A stretch of 64,000 nucleotides of DNA from Syntrophobacteraceae bacterium. GTDB taxonomy: Bacteria > Desulfobacterota > Syntrophobacteria > Syntrophobacterales > Syntrophobacteraceae. This document shows positions 20,562 through 29,446 of this stretch, one piece after another. The stretch spans positions 52,564 through 116,563 of the forward strand of contig JALOOX010000002.1 of the NCBI GenBank assembly GCA_025454175.1, read 5' to 3'. The stretch's first letter is position 1. Each line of letters opens with the position of its first letter. The notes beneath the pieces were generated by a model. That model saw nothing but the letters and a program-made list of their open reading frames with translations. It was not told where the DNA came from and searched no databases. A program made the translations under genes and the position numbers.

Positions 20562-21509
20562 TCACTCCGCCGTTTTCCCGGTGAATTCATCCATGGTCGA
20601 GTGCACGCGGAGCGCCCTTCCCACGACAAAGTCAAAAAGCCTCAGCGGCAATATGCCCCTCACGAAGGGCAGCAGGTTGACGATGAAAGGCATTCGAACG
20701 AAAATCCTGTCTCTCTCGATACCCCTGAGGATCCTTCGGGCCGCCACCTGCGGTTTGATGATCGGGATCAGCGACTTGACCCCGGCGAACATCCCAGTAT
20801 CGATGTAGTAGGGGGCCACCGTGGTGACCTTGATGCCCGGGCTCAGACGCTCCATCTCCAGGCGAAGGGAATCGGACCAGCCGATGACGCCCCACTTGCT
20901 GGCGCAGTAGGCCGACATCCTTGGGTTGGCGACCATCCCCGCCGCGGAGGCGATGTTGACGATGTGCCCGGTCCCTTTGTGCAGCATCCGGGGCAGGAAT
21001 TCCAGCACGATGTGCATCGGGGCCAGCGTGTTGATGGTCATGGTCCGATCGATATCTTCATGGGTGTGCTCGTGGAAGTACTTCCCCACGACAATGCCGG
21101 CGTTGTTGATGAGGATGTCCACTCCGCCGAATGACTTCCACACCTCCCCGGAAGCCCGGGCGACGTCCTCGGTCCTGGCCACATCCACCGTGATTCCGTG
21201 GACTTCCGGATGCACCCCGCGCAGTTCCGCGACTGCGGCATCCAGTCCGCTGGAATCGATATCCCAGAGGATGAGTTTGCGGGCACCCTTTTCGAGCACC
21301 ATGGCCGCCATGATCCGGCCGATGCCCGAAGCGCCGCCCGTGATCAGAACCGTCCGCCCCTCGATGAGACTCATGCTTCCATCTCCGTTCAAAGCCCGGT
21401 CAATTCCGGCCCATGCTTCTTGATCGCTGTTGTATGAGAGGGTCTGCTCACAAAAATATATGATGAAAGGAACCGCTATGAAAGCAAAAGTAACAAAGCG
21501 GGGCCTCAA
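20562..21509 (-). CDS. short-chain dehydrogenase/reductase with hydrophobic N-terminal segment
   Basis: TGGASGIGR Rossmann motif, NNAG, and SAYCASK (the YxxxK region). N-terminal FVTFAFIAVPFIIYF looks like a membrane anchor. The start codon is uncertain. The stop lies 3 nt before the ALDH start. Confidence 0.85.
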   Translation of the reverse strand: MRPRFVTFAFIAVPFIIYFCEQTLSYNSDQEAWAGIDRALNGDGSMSLIEGRTVLITGGASGIGRIMAAMVLEKGARKLILWDIDSSGLDAAVAELRGVHPEVHGITVDVARTEDVARASGEVWKSFGGVDILINNAGIVVGKYFHEHTHEDIDRTMTINTLAPMHIVLEFLPRMLHKGTGHIVNIASAAGMVANPRMSAYCASKWGVIGWSDSLRLEMERLSPGIKVTTVAPYYIDTGMFAGVKSLIPIIKPQVAARRILRGIERDRIFVRMPFIVNLLPFVRGILPLRLFDFVVGRALRVHSTMDEFTGKTAE

Positions 21510-21576
21510 TCCCCAAAAAGATGCCGGCAGGTGTGGAGGAAGTGGAAATTCGAAAGGAAGCTGAAGAGGACGGAGC

Positions 21577-21635
21577 TTTTAAAAATAAGGAAAGCCTTCC
21601 AGATCAATCGGAAACCTGGAATTCAGGAAGGCTTT
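21577..21635 (-). terminator. candidate intrinsic terminator of the small Cys-rich gene
   Basis: Perfect 10-bp arms AAAGCCTTCC (21591-21600) and GGAAGGCTTT (21626-21635) with an inner TTCCAG/CTGGAA pairing. On the minus strand the hairpin is followed by CCTTATTTTTAAAAG. Confidence 0.4.
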
Positions 21636-21723
21636 GTTCGAGATCTGGCCTTGCGACCAGCCGGTCCGGGAGATCCTGAAAAGAGAACCGCCGGGCTTGT
21701 GAGAGCCCTTTTGCATACGGGCA

Positions 21724-22143
21724 TCACTCGTGGGGCCTGTTTTCCCAGAGGAGCATCAGGTGAGCCAGGGAACCTTCGGGCAGTCGGATGGTCTCGCCGT
21801 CGATGCCGTCCTCCAGCCTGCCATAAGTCCGTGGGTTCCGTGCCGGCATTTCGGAAATCCGGACATCACCTCGATTCCGGTCTGGATCGGCTGGCCTTCG
21901 CCTGCGGACTTTGGGCTGAGGAGCAAAAAGCCGCGCGAGAAGCAGCCGGCATCGTCCGGCCTGTTCCTTCCAGTGCTCCAGATCGCCGGGCGGCTCCAGA
22001 TCGTACCGCTCGCACTGCTCACAGGAGAATCCCTGCCAACCCCTTTGGATGGCGAGGTCCAGGCAATGGGAATAGTGCCGACATAAGACGTTGCGGGGTA
22101 TATTGGCTGCACTGGTGACTTGTGGGGCCATCGTTGGATTCAT
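21724..22143 (-). CDS. hypothetical small Cys-rich protein
   Basis: Contains CRHYSHCLDLAIQRGWQGFSCEQC (a four-Cys pattern). ATG 22143 is preceded by GAGGAGAAG, and a terminator-like hairpin lies downstream. No family recognised. Confidence 0.45.
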   Translation of the reverse strand: MNPTMAPQVTSAANIPRNVLCRHYSHCLDLAIQRGWQGFSCEQCERYDLEPPGDLEHWKEQAGRCRLLLARLFAPQPKVRRRRPADPDRNRGDVRISEMPARNPRTYGRLEDGIDGETIRLPEGSLAHLMLLWENRPHE

Positions 22144-22639
22144 TGAGGCTTCTCCTCGATGCTGGTATTCCAGTCTCACTGCACACCATTCACGAAAGCA
22201 GGATCATGCCGGGGTCTCGCTGCCTCGATCTCCTGGTGTTGGGAAAGCAATATTCAGGCCAGTCTGAAATCGAGATGAGGGTCGGTTTGTATCCGGCCGC
22301 CCCGAAACGACACCCTCAGGTAAAGGATCGGTTCAAACGGGCTCATGTCTTGACTGAAATCCTGCCTATGCGGGTCAAGACAGGACTCCGGATCTCCAGG
22401 TTGGAATTCCATTATGAACAGGTCGATGGTGCCGAGGGAAACCCGGGAGAAGTTGCTATTGCGAAATGGACCTCCCCTTGGTATGAGGCCGGGAAAGGGT
22501 TTGGATGCGGCATCCGGCGGCGATGCGGGCGGGGAGCTCTCGCGCTGGAGTGCGAAGTCGGAACGGGCAGATCCATGAGAAGGACATCAGAGGACTGACG
22601 GGCCCGTTTTTCAGGGACCAGTCGGACGGGGAGGAAGTC

Positions 22640-23608
22640 ATGAGAACATCCAGGGCTGTTTTGTGTCTGGGGGTTTTGATCGGCTTTGCGTCGGCGGGAT
22701 GGGCCACCGAGGGGAAGAAGATCACCATAGGCATTTCTCAGATCGTCGAGCATCCCGCCCTCGATGCCGCGCGCCAGGGATTCATCGATGCCCTCCAGGA
22801 TGCCGGCTACGTTGAGGGTCGGAACGTCGTCTTCGACGTGCAGATCGCGCAGGGCAACATGGCTACGGCCAACAGCATCGCCAAAGCTCTCGTGGGCCGG
22901 AATGTGGACCTCATCCACAGCATCGCCACTCCCACCTCCCAGGCCTGCGTCAACGCCACCCAGAAGATTCCCATCGTCATATCATCGGTCACCGACCCCG
23001 TGGGCGCAGGGCTCGTCAAAAGCCTGGAGCAGCCCGGCGGGAATGTGACGGGGACCACGGACCGAAGCCCCGTGGATCGCCAGCTTGAGCTCATGCGTGA
23101 GATTCAGCCCAGGATCGTCAAGCTGGGATTCATCTACAACGCCGGTGAAGACAACTCCGTATCCTCCCTGAAGCAGTTGCGGGATGAGACCGTCAGGCAC
23201 GGGATCGAAGTGGTGGAGGCGACCGTCAGCAACTCGAGCGGGGTGCTGATGGCTGCCAGGAGCCTCGTCGGAAAAGTCGATGCCATAACCATCCCCACCG
23301 ACAACACGGTGGTTTCGGCGTTCGAGGCCGTCGTCAAGGTTTGCGAGGAGAGCCGGATTCCGCTTTATGCGGCGGACATCGATTCGGTCCCCCGGGGCGC
23401 CATCGCGGCTTTGGCCATCGACTACTACCGGCTTGGCCGCCAGAGCGGGGACATGGCCGTTCGGATCCTCAGGGGGGCTCAGCCCGGAACGATGCCGGTC
23501 GAGACGCTCAAGGATCTCAAGCTGGTGGTGAGCCCGAAGGCCGCCGAGAAGATGGGGGTCACGCTGCCCGACGCCGTGCTGAAGCGAGCCGACAAAGTAC
23601 TGGAATGA
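22640..23608 (+). CDS. ABC transporter substrate-binding protein (ABC_sub_bind/PF04392-like)
   Basis: Signal peptide MRTSRAVLCLGVLIGFASAGWA, then KKITIGISQIVEHPALDAARQGF. GGAGGAAG precedes ATG 22640. The track start at 22505 gives an implausible N-terminus. Confidence 0.8.
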   Translation: MRTSRAVLCLGVLIGFASAGWATEGKKITIGISQIVEHPALDAARQGFIDALQDAGYVEGRNVVFDVQIAQGNMATANSIAKALVGRNVDLIHSIATPTSQACVNATQKIPIVISSVTDPVGAGLVKSLEQPGGNVTGTTDRSPVDRQLELMREIQPRIVKLGFIYNAGEDNSVSSLKQLRDETVRHGIEVVEATVSNSSGVLMAARSLVGKVDAITIPTDNTVVSAFEAVVKVCEESRIPLYAADIDSVPRGAIAALAIDYYRLGRQSGDMAVRILRGAQPGTMPVETLKDLKLVVSPKAAEKMGVTLPDAVLKRADKVLE

Positions 23609-24498
23609 CATTTTACAGCTTCATTGGATCACTGGAGCAGGGGCTGGTCTTCGCCCTCATGGTCCTCGGGGTTTACCTGACCTTTCGGGTTCTGGACTTT
23701 CCCGATCTCACGGTGGATGGGTCTCTGCCGCTGGGGGCCGCCGTCTCGGCCACCCTCGTCATCGGCGGCATGGATCCTTTCCTCAGCCTTCTGTTCGCCA
23801 TGGTGGCGGGAGCTTTGGCCGGATGCGCGACGGCGCTGCTTTCGACCAAGCTGCGCATCATGAGTCTCCTGGCCAGCATCATCACCATGACGGCGCTCTA
23901 TTCCATCAATCTCCGCATCATGGGACGGCCCAACCTGCCGCTCCTGGGGCAGCCGACCATCTTCGATGCACTCACGCCCGCGGGGATGCCCAGGCATCTC
24001 CTGATCCCCCTGGTCTTCCTGGTCATAGCCCTGGCCTGGAAGCTCATCCTGGACTGGTTCCTCCACACCCAGGTCGGCATGGCGCTCCGGGCCACGGGGG
24101 ACAACCCCCAGATGATTCGGGCCCAGGGGGTCGATACCGACAGCATGATCATCCTGGGTGTGAGCCTTTCCAACGGTCTCGTGGCCCTGGCCGGCGGCCT
24201 GGTGGCTCAAAGCCAGGGGTTCGCCGACGTGGGCATGGGGATCGGGACCATCGTGGCCGGCCTGGCTTCGGTCATTCTGGGAGAGAGCCTTCTGGGGGGG
24301 CGAACGGTCGCATGGCAGACGTTGAGCGCTCTGTGTGGCTCCCTCGTCTACCGGCTGACCATAACCCTCGCCTTGTCGGCGCATTTCGGCTTCCTGCGCC
24401 TGACGCCCAGTGATCTGAATCTCATCACGGCCGTCCTGGTGGTGATCTGCCTGACGGTTCCCCTGCTGAAGGAGCGCTGGAGGGTCGGGAGACGCTGA
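23605..24498 (+). CDS. ABC transporter permease
   Basis: Polytopic hydrophobic ORF. ATG 23605 overlaps the stop of the binding-protein gene (ATGA). The upstream part of the track ORF (from 23341) is the wrong-frame overlap. Confidence 0.8.
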   Translation: MTFYSFIGSLEQGLVFALMVLGVYLTFRVLDFPDLTVDGSLPLGAAVSATLVIGGMDPFLSLLFAMVAGALAGCATALLSTKLRIMSLLASIITMTALYSINLRIMGRPNLPLLGQPTIFDALTPAGMPRHLLIPLVFLVIALAWKLILDWFLHTQVGMALRATGDNPQMIRAQGVDTDSMIILGVSLSNGLVALAGGLVAQSQGFADVGMGIGTIVAGLASVILGESLLGGRTVAWQTLSALCGSLVYRLTITLALSAHFGFLRLTPSDLNLITAVLVVICLTVPLLKERWRVGRR

Positions 24499-24543
24499 AG
24501 AGCGGTTTCACCGGACCATTGGAAACGAGGATCGAGGACTCCG

Positions 24544-25341
24544 TTGATCGAAATCAGGAACCTGACCAAGGTGTTCAACCCCGGGACCATCAACGAGGTA
24601 ACGGCCATCAGCGGCCTGAGCTGCACCGTCGCCGACCGCCAGTTCGTCACCATCATCGGGAGCAACGGGGCCGGCAAGTCCACGCTCCTCAACCTGATCT
24701 CCGGACGGTTTCCGCTGGACGAGGGTGAGATCATCTTCGGAGGGGTGAATGTAACACGGTGGCCCGAGCATCGGAGGGCCGCCCATGTGGGCCGGGTGTT
24801 TCAGAATCCGCGATCGGGAACCTGCGCTTCCATGACCATCGAAGAGAACTTCGCTCTGGCCAACAGCCGCGGCCTGAAGCCGGGATTGCGCTGGGGCGTG
24901 AGTCAGCGGGAGCGGGAGCTTTTCCGCGACAAACTGGCCCTCCTCGGGCTCGGCCTTGAAAACAGGCTCAAAGACAAGGTGGGACTGCTTTCAGGCGGCC
25001 AGCGCCAGTCGCTCACGCTGCTCATGGCCACCCTCCGGCCCCCCCAGCTGCTTCTGCTCGACGAGCACACCGCCGCCCTCGACCCGCGAACGGCGGAGCA
25101 GGTGCTGGCCCTCACCCGCCAGATCGTCGAGGAGATGCATCTCTCCACCCTCATGGTCACCCACAACATGAAGCATGCCATCGAGCTGGGAGACCGCCTG
25201 ATCATGATGCACCAGGGAAGGATTGTTCTGGATGTGGAAGGCGAGAGGAAGCGAAGCCTCACCATCCAGGACCTCATGAATGAGTTCGCCGCCCTCAGGG
25301 TCGGCGAGATGGCGGACGACAAGATGCTCCTGGTCTGCTGA
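24544..25341 (+). CDS. ABC transporter ATP-binding protein
   Basis: Walker A GSNGAGKST, signature LSGGQRQSL, Walker B LLLLDEHTAALD. TTG start. Confidence 0.9.
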   Translation: MIEIRNLTKVFNPGTINEVTAISGLSCTVADRQFVTIIGSNGAGKSTLLNLISGRFPLDEGEIIFGGVNVTRWPEHRRAAHVGRVFQNPRSGTCASMTIEENFALANSRGLKPGLRWGVSQRERELFRDKLALLGLGLENRLKDKVGLLSGGQRQSLTLLMATLRPPQLLLLDEHTAALDPRTAEQVLALTRQIVEEMHLSTLMVTHNMKHAIELGDRLIMMHQGRIVLDVEGERKRSLTIQDLMNEFAALRVGEMADDKMLLVC

Positions 25342-25382
25342 CGATCCCGCCGGAAGCCCGGTGATCCCGGCCCTCGCCAACC

Positions 25383-25976
25383 TCACCACAGGGAGTACCG
25401 ATAGCTCTTCATGGCTTTCCGGAGCTGGATCAAGGTGACGACGCCTCGCTCCGAGAGGTGCAGGAGCTGTTTCTGGAAAATCTGGGCGGAAAAAAAGGCG
25501 TCGGCCAGGGCGTTGTGGCGGTAGCTTTCCCTGAGCTCATAGCGGTCCATCATGGCCTCGAAGCTCAAATCCATGCAAAGCTTTCCGGCCTTGTGGCAGA
25601 GCCACTTTTCCACCTGGACGATGTCGATGGTCTCCCGCTCGATCTTGACATTCACCTCCCTGAAAAGCCTCTGCAGGATTCGGTAGTCGAAATCCACCGA
25701 GTGGCCGACGAGAATGCCGTCCATGGCCTCGAGGATGGATTCCGAAGCCTCGGCGAAGCTGGGAGCCGAATCGAGGTCGTGACCGCCGATCCCGTGGTAT
25801 TTCATGCCGGCCATTTTGTACTCGGCAGGCCGGACGAGGGTGTAGGTGGACTTCCCGGCGAGAATCCTCTTGCCCTGCATCGGTACCGAAGCGAAGGCGA
25901 CGATTTCGTCATGCCGGATGTCGAGCCCCGTGGATTCGACGTCGACGGAGCGGAACGCAGCTTCTTCCAGGTCCAT
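25383..25976 (-). CDS. DEDD-family 3'-5' exonuclease (DnaQ/epsilon-like)
   Basis: ExoI VDVESTGLD, ExoII GHSVDFDYRIL, ExoIII YRHNALADAF. I use ATG 25976 (MDLEEAAF), because the track start at 26123 would overlap the upstream gene. Confidence 0.8.
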   Translation of the reverse strand: MDLEEAAFRSVDVESTGLDIRHDEIVAFASVPMQGKRILAGKSTYTLVRPAEYKMAGMKYHGIGGHDLDSAPSFAEASESILEAMDGILVGHSVDFDYRILQRLFREVNVKIERETIDIVQVEKWLCHKAGKLCMDLSFEAMMDRYELRESYRHNALADAFFSAQIFQKQLLHLSERGVVTLIQLRKAMKSYRYSLW

Positions 25977-26094
25977 GGAACGTTGTCTTCCCAAGAAACA
26001 ACAGCGCGATTCGGTGCCACGATCTCTGAACGAGGCTCCCGCATCGGGCTCCTCGCTCGGCCATGATGAATGGAATGCTTCATGCCACGATGCG

Positions 26095-27906
26095 TCACCT
26101 GTAGTAAGCGTCCCGGGCCACATTGTACTTCTTCATCAGCATCTTCTGAAAGGAGGCTATCACTTTCAGGGATTCCTTCAGGACGAGGAGGTCCACCGGC
26201 GGGAGCTCCCTGCTCCTGATCCTGCTGTCGGGCTTCGAGTGGTTCAGTATGGCCCTGGCCTGCTGGCGGAGGCGGAGGTCCTGGATGACGCCGAAAGCCT
26301 CCAGGAGGTCATTGTGGAGGGTGCTCTCGATGGCGCCGCTGGCGAGGAGGGCGTCCAGGCGGTCCTTGGTGTTGGTGACTTCCACCAGCCCCTCTTCGAC
26401 GGCCAGGACCCGGACGCCGTTCACGATGGGATAAATCCCGTAGGTTTTGAGATCCACCTCCTTGTGGCGGGAGATGATCCCGAACATGCCGAGGGGCGGC
26501 TCGATCTGGACGGCGTCACTGGCCATGAGACGGATGGCCTTTGAGCTGACGCGTGCCCGAACGGTGTCCATGAGCTGCCGGTACAGCTTGAAATTGCCAT
26601 GAACAGGCCTCGCGTCGAGGAAGACCGTGAGGTACCGCACGTGGTTGGGCTCCGGGTTTTCAAACCATGAGACGAAGGACTCCTCCCAGCCCGTAAGTGG
26701 TTGGCTCCACATGGGATTCGAGGCCATGTAGCCGCCCGGACATCTCGGCATCCCCATGCGATGAAGGGTCTCGGTGACGGCATTGGCCCATGGGGTCGCC
26801 TGGTCGGAAGTGGTGATGAGTCCATTGTCCTGGTCGGCGGCGATGATCTGCTCCCTGCGGCCCGAGCTTCCCATGTGAATCCACACGGCATCTTCCAACC
26901 GGGCCTGGCCCCCCGCGAGCTCGATGACCTTGGAGACGATCCGGTCATGGACCGCCGTGACGAGCCGGCTGATGTCGTAAAAATTGAGCTCCAGCAGGGC
27001 CAGCATGGCTATGGCATGGTGGATCCTGGAGAAAAGGATGCCCAGCTGTTCAAGGGAGGTGGCCTTGAGGATCCCCCGGTGGAGGGCAAAAACCGATGTG
27101 GCGGGCTCCAGGTGCACCTCGACATCCCGCCTTGTCAGCACTCCGACCACCTGGTGGTTGCGGACCAGCACCAGGTACTTGATCCCCGTTCTGGCAAGCT
27201 GGGTCAGTGCGTCGAAGATGGTGGCGCCGGCAGGGATCGTCACCACGGGCCTCGACATGAAGGCGGCGACTTTCTCGTCGCGGCTTCCATGGAGAATGAC
27301 CCTTCTGAGGTCGGCCTGGGTCAGGATTCCCAGGGCGTGACCCTGCTCGTCGGTGACCACGATGGAGCTGACCTGCTCCCGATCCATTCGAGCCACGGCT
27401 TCGTAGACGGTGGCCCCCTCCCGGCAGGTCACGGGGTCTCTGGACACCATCCCATCGATGCTCAGGAGGAGCGTCGCTTCCCTGAAGAGCCGCTTGTCCT
27501 TGGCCATTGACCTGAAGGACCGCAGCTTTCGTCCCATGAAGGAGGCGAAGAAGGTGGAGAAACGCTCGTTCAGCTCCATGACCTCCCGAAAGCTGGTGGA
27601 GGGGATCAGGTAGCAGACGGTCTCCTCGACGGCTCTTGCCGTCAGGAGATGGCGCTCGCCCTGAAAGCTCAGTGCTCCGAAGACTTCGCCCCGGGAGAAG
27701 TAGTCCAGCGGGGTCTCCCCGTCGAAAAGACCCACCAGCCCGGAATAGATCATATAAACGTGAGTGCGCTGCCGGCCTTTTTCGAAGATCACCTTTCCCT
27801 TGGGATAGAGGTCGACTTCAAGACCGGACATGAGGGCGTTCATTTCCTCGTCCGAGAGAAATGAAAACGGGCTGATCTTTTTCATGAATTCCTTGGGCGG
27901 AATCAT
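26095..27906 (-). CDS. cNMP-binding / CBS-pair / DUF294 nucleotidyltransferase protein
   Basis: N-terminal cyclic-nucleotide-binding fold, tandem CBS domains, then GSSGRREQIIAADQDNGLI (Pol-beta-type NTase, DUF294) and a DUF294_C-like tail. ATG 27906 is preceded by AGGAGA. Confidence 0.85.
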   Translation of the reverse strand: MIPPKEFMKKISPFSFLSDEEMNALMSGLEVDLYPKGKVIFEKGRQRTHVYMIYSGLVGLFDGETPLDYFSRGEVFGALSFQGERHLLTARAVEETVCYLIPSTSFREVMELNERFSTFFASFMGRKLRSFRSMAKDKRLFREATLLLSIDGMVSRDPVTCREGATVYEAVARMDREQVSSIVVTDEQGHALGILTQADLRRVILHGSRDEKVAAFMSRPVVTIPAGATIFDALTQLARTGIKYLVLVRNHQVVGVLTRRDVEVHLEPATSVFALHRGILKATSLEQLGILFSRIHHAIAMLALLELNFYDISRLVTAVHDRIVSKVIELAGGQARLEDAVWIHMGSSGRREQIIAADQDNGLITTSDQATPWANAVTETLHRMGMPRCPGGYMASNPMWSQPLTGWEESFVSWFENPEPNHVRYLTVFLDARPVHGNFKLYRQLMDTVRARVSSKAIRLMASDAVQIEPPLGMFGIISRHKEVDLKTYGIYPIVNGVRVLAVEEGLVEVTNTKDRLDALLASGAIESTLHNDLLEAFGVIQDLRLRQQARAILNHSKPDSRIRSRELPPVDLLVLKESLKVIASFQKMLMKKYNVARDAYYR

Positions 27907-28214
27907 ATCGCTCTCCTGGCGCGGACTGGCTTCCCGTTCTCTTGGTGGAGCATTCAAACAGCGAGTGAAGCCGCGGGCTATTCGTGAAATTTGGTATACA
28001 ATAAATAGGAGGCGGGTTGAAGCCATCGATGCGAGACCCTCGGGATAAACGATCTGTTGGGACGGCAGTCAACCTGGAACGCCGAGCCAGGAGATCACGG
28101 CATGTATCGCAATTCGAGGTTCATGCCGCAGCCCGGCTCTGCTATGATGCCCGCCATGATCGGGAAAGGAATGAACCTCCCAACAGAACATCCAGAACAA
28201 AGGAGCTTCTCGAA

Positions 28215-28784
28215 ATGAAGCAGTCGCTTGGCGCCAAAACCCTGGTGTTTCCGACTCCGGTCTGGTGTGTGGGCTCCTATGACCAGAACGGCAAGCCCAA
28301 CGTCATGACCATCGCCTGGGGCGGGATCTGCTGCTCGAAGCCGCCCTGCGTGACCATCTCCCTCCGGAAGGCCACTTATACTTACGACTGCATCATGCAG
28401 CGCAAGGCTTACACCATCAGCGTACCTGGCGAAAGATATGCCCGTGAGGCGGACTATTTCGGCATGGCCAGCGGTCGGAATACCGACAAGTTCGCCGTCA
28501 CCGGTCTCACGCCCGCCAGGAGCGACCTGGTGGATGCCCCCTACGTCCAGGAGTTCCCCATGGTGATCGAGTGCCGATTGGTCCACACTTTGGAGCTGGG
28601 GCTCCACACGCAGTTCGTGGGAGAGATCGTGGACGTCAAGGTGGACGAAAGCGTGCTGGATGACCAGGGCCTTCCGGATGCCCGGAGGATCGCCCCCATT
28701 GTCTTCGCTCCCGAGGCGCGAAAATATTACGGGCTTGGCGATTTCGTCGGCGAAGCATTTTCCATGGGTAAATCCCTGGGCTGA
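28215..28784 (+). CDS. flavin reductase-like FMN-binding protein
   Basis: FPTPVWCVGSYDQNGKPNVMTIAWGG is the split-barrel flavin reductase signature. AAAGGAG precedes ATG 28215. Confidence 0.8.
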   Translation: MKQSLGAKTLVFPTPVWCVGSYDQNGKPNVMTIAWGGICCSKPPCVTISLRKATYTYDCIMQRKAYTISVPGERYAREADYFGMASGRNTDKFAVTGLTPARSDLVDAPYVQEFPMVIECRLVHTLELGLHTQFVGEIVDVKVDESVLDDQGLPDARRIAPIVFAPEARKYYGLGDFVGEAFSMGKSLG

Positions 28785-28832
28785 CACCCCGGTTGACCCT
28801 CGGTTTTCCATTTGGCTCCAGGAGGTTGAGTC

Positions 28833-29405
28833 ATGAGTGGCGGCAAGCAGAGCCTTGGAAGCAATGCCTTTCTTTATCCCATGCCGGTGGTCCTGGTGGG
28901 GACCTTGGTGGATGGCAAGCCCAATTTTATGACGGTGGGCTGGGTGAGCCGCGTCAACTTCAAGCCCCCGCTCCTGGCCATAGCCGTGAACCATGCCCAT
29001 CACACGGCCGCGGGAGTCCGGCAGTCCGGGACGTTCAGCGTGAACATCCCCAGCATGGACATGATCGAGGCTACCGACTACTGCGGGCTGGTATCCGGGC
29101 GAAGCACCGACAAGTCGGCACTTTTCGAGGTGTTCTACGGCGCCACTGAAAGCGCCCCCATGATCGCCCAGTGCCCTTTGAACATTGAATGCCGTCTGCA
29201 CCAGACCGTCGACCTTCCCAGCAATCACCTTTTCATCGGCGAAATCATCGAAGCCTACGCCGAGCCTCGTTTCCTCAAGGACGGAAGACCCGACATCAAG
29301 ACCATGAATCCTTTCGTGCTGACCATGCCCGACAACGGCTACTGGGCGGTCGGCGAACGACTGGCCCAGGCCTGGTCCGTCGGAAAGCAGCTCAAGAAGG
29401 CTTAA
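28833..29405 (+). CDS. flavin reductase-like FMN-binding protein (paralog)
   Basis: YPMPVVLVGTLVDGKPNFMTVGWVS, the same fold as the preceding gene. Confidence 0.8.
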   Translation: MSGGKQSLGSNAFLYPMPVVLVGTLVDGKPNFMTVGWVSRVNFKPPLLAIAVNHAHHTAAGVRQSGTFSVNIPSMDMIEATDYCGLVSGRSTDKSALFEVFYGATESAPMIAQCPLNIECRLHQTVDLPSNHLFIGEIIEAYAEPRFLKDGRPDIKTMNPFVLTMPDNGYWAVGERLAQAWSVGKQLKKA

Positions 29406-29446
29406 GTGTGCCTTGTTGCAGGGCCCGTCAATGGAAGGGAGAAACC

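Noticed and set aside
22122-22598. 158-aa plus-strand ORF upstream of the ABC transporter
   Set aside because: It has no SD, its start overlaps the divergent small gene, the C-terminus is Arg/Gly-rich and no motif is present. I treated the region as a non-coding leader.
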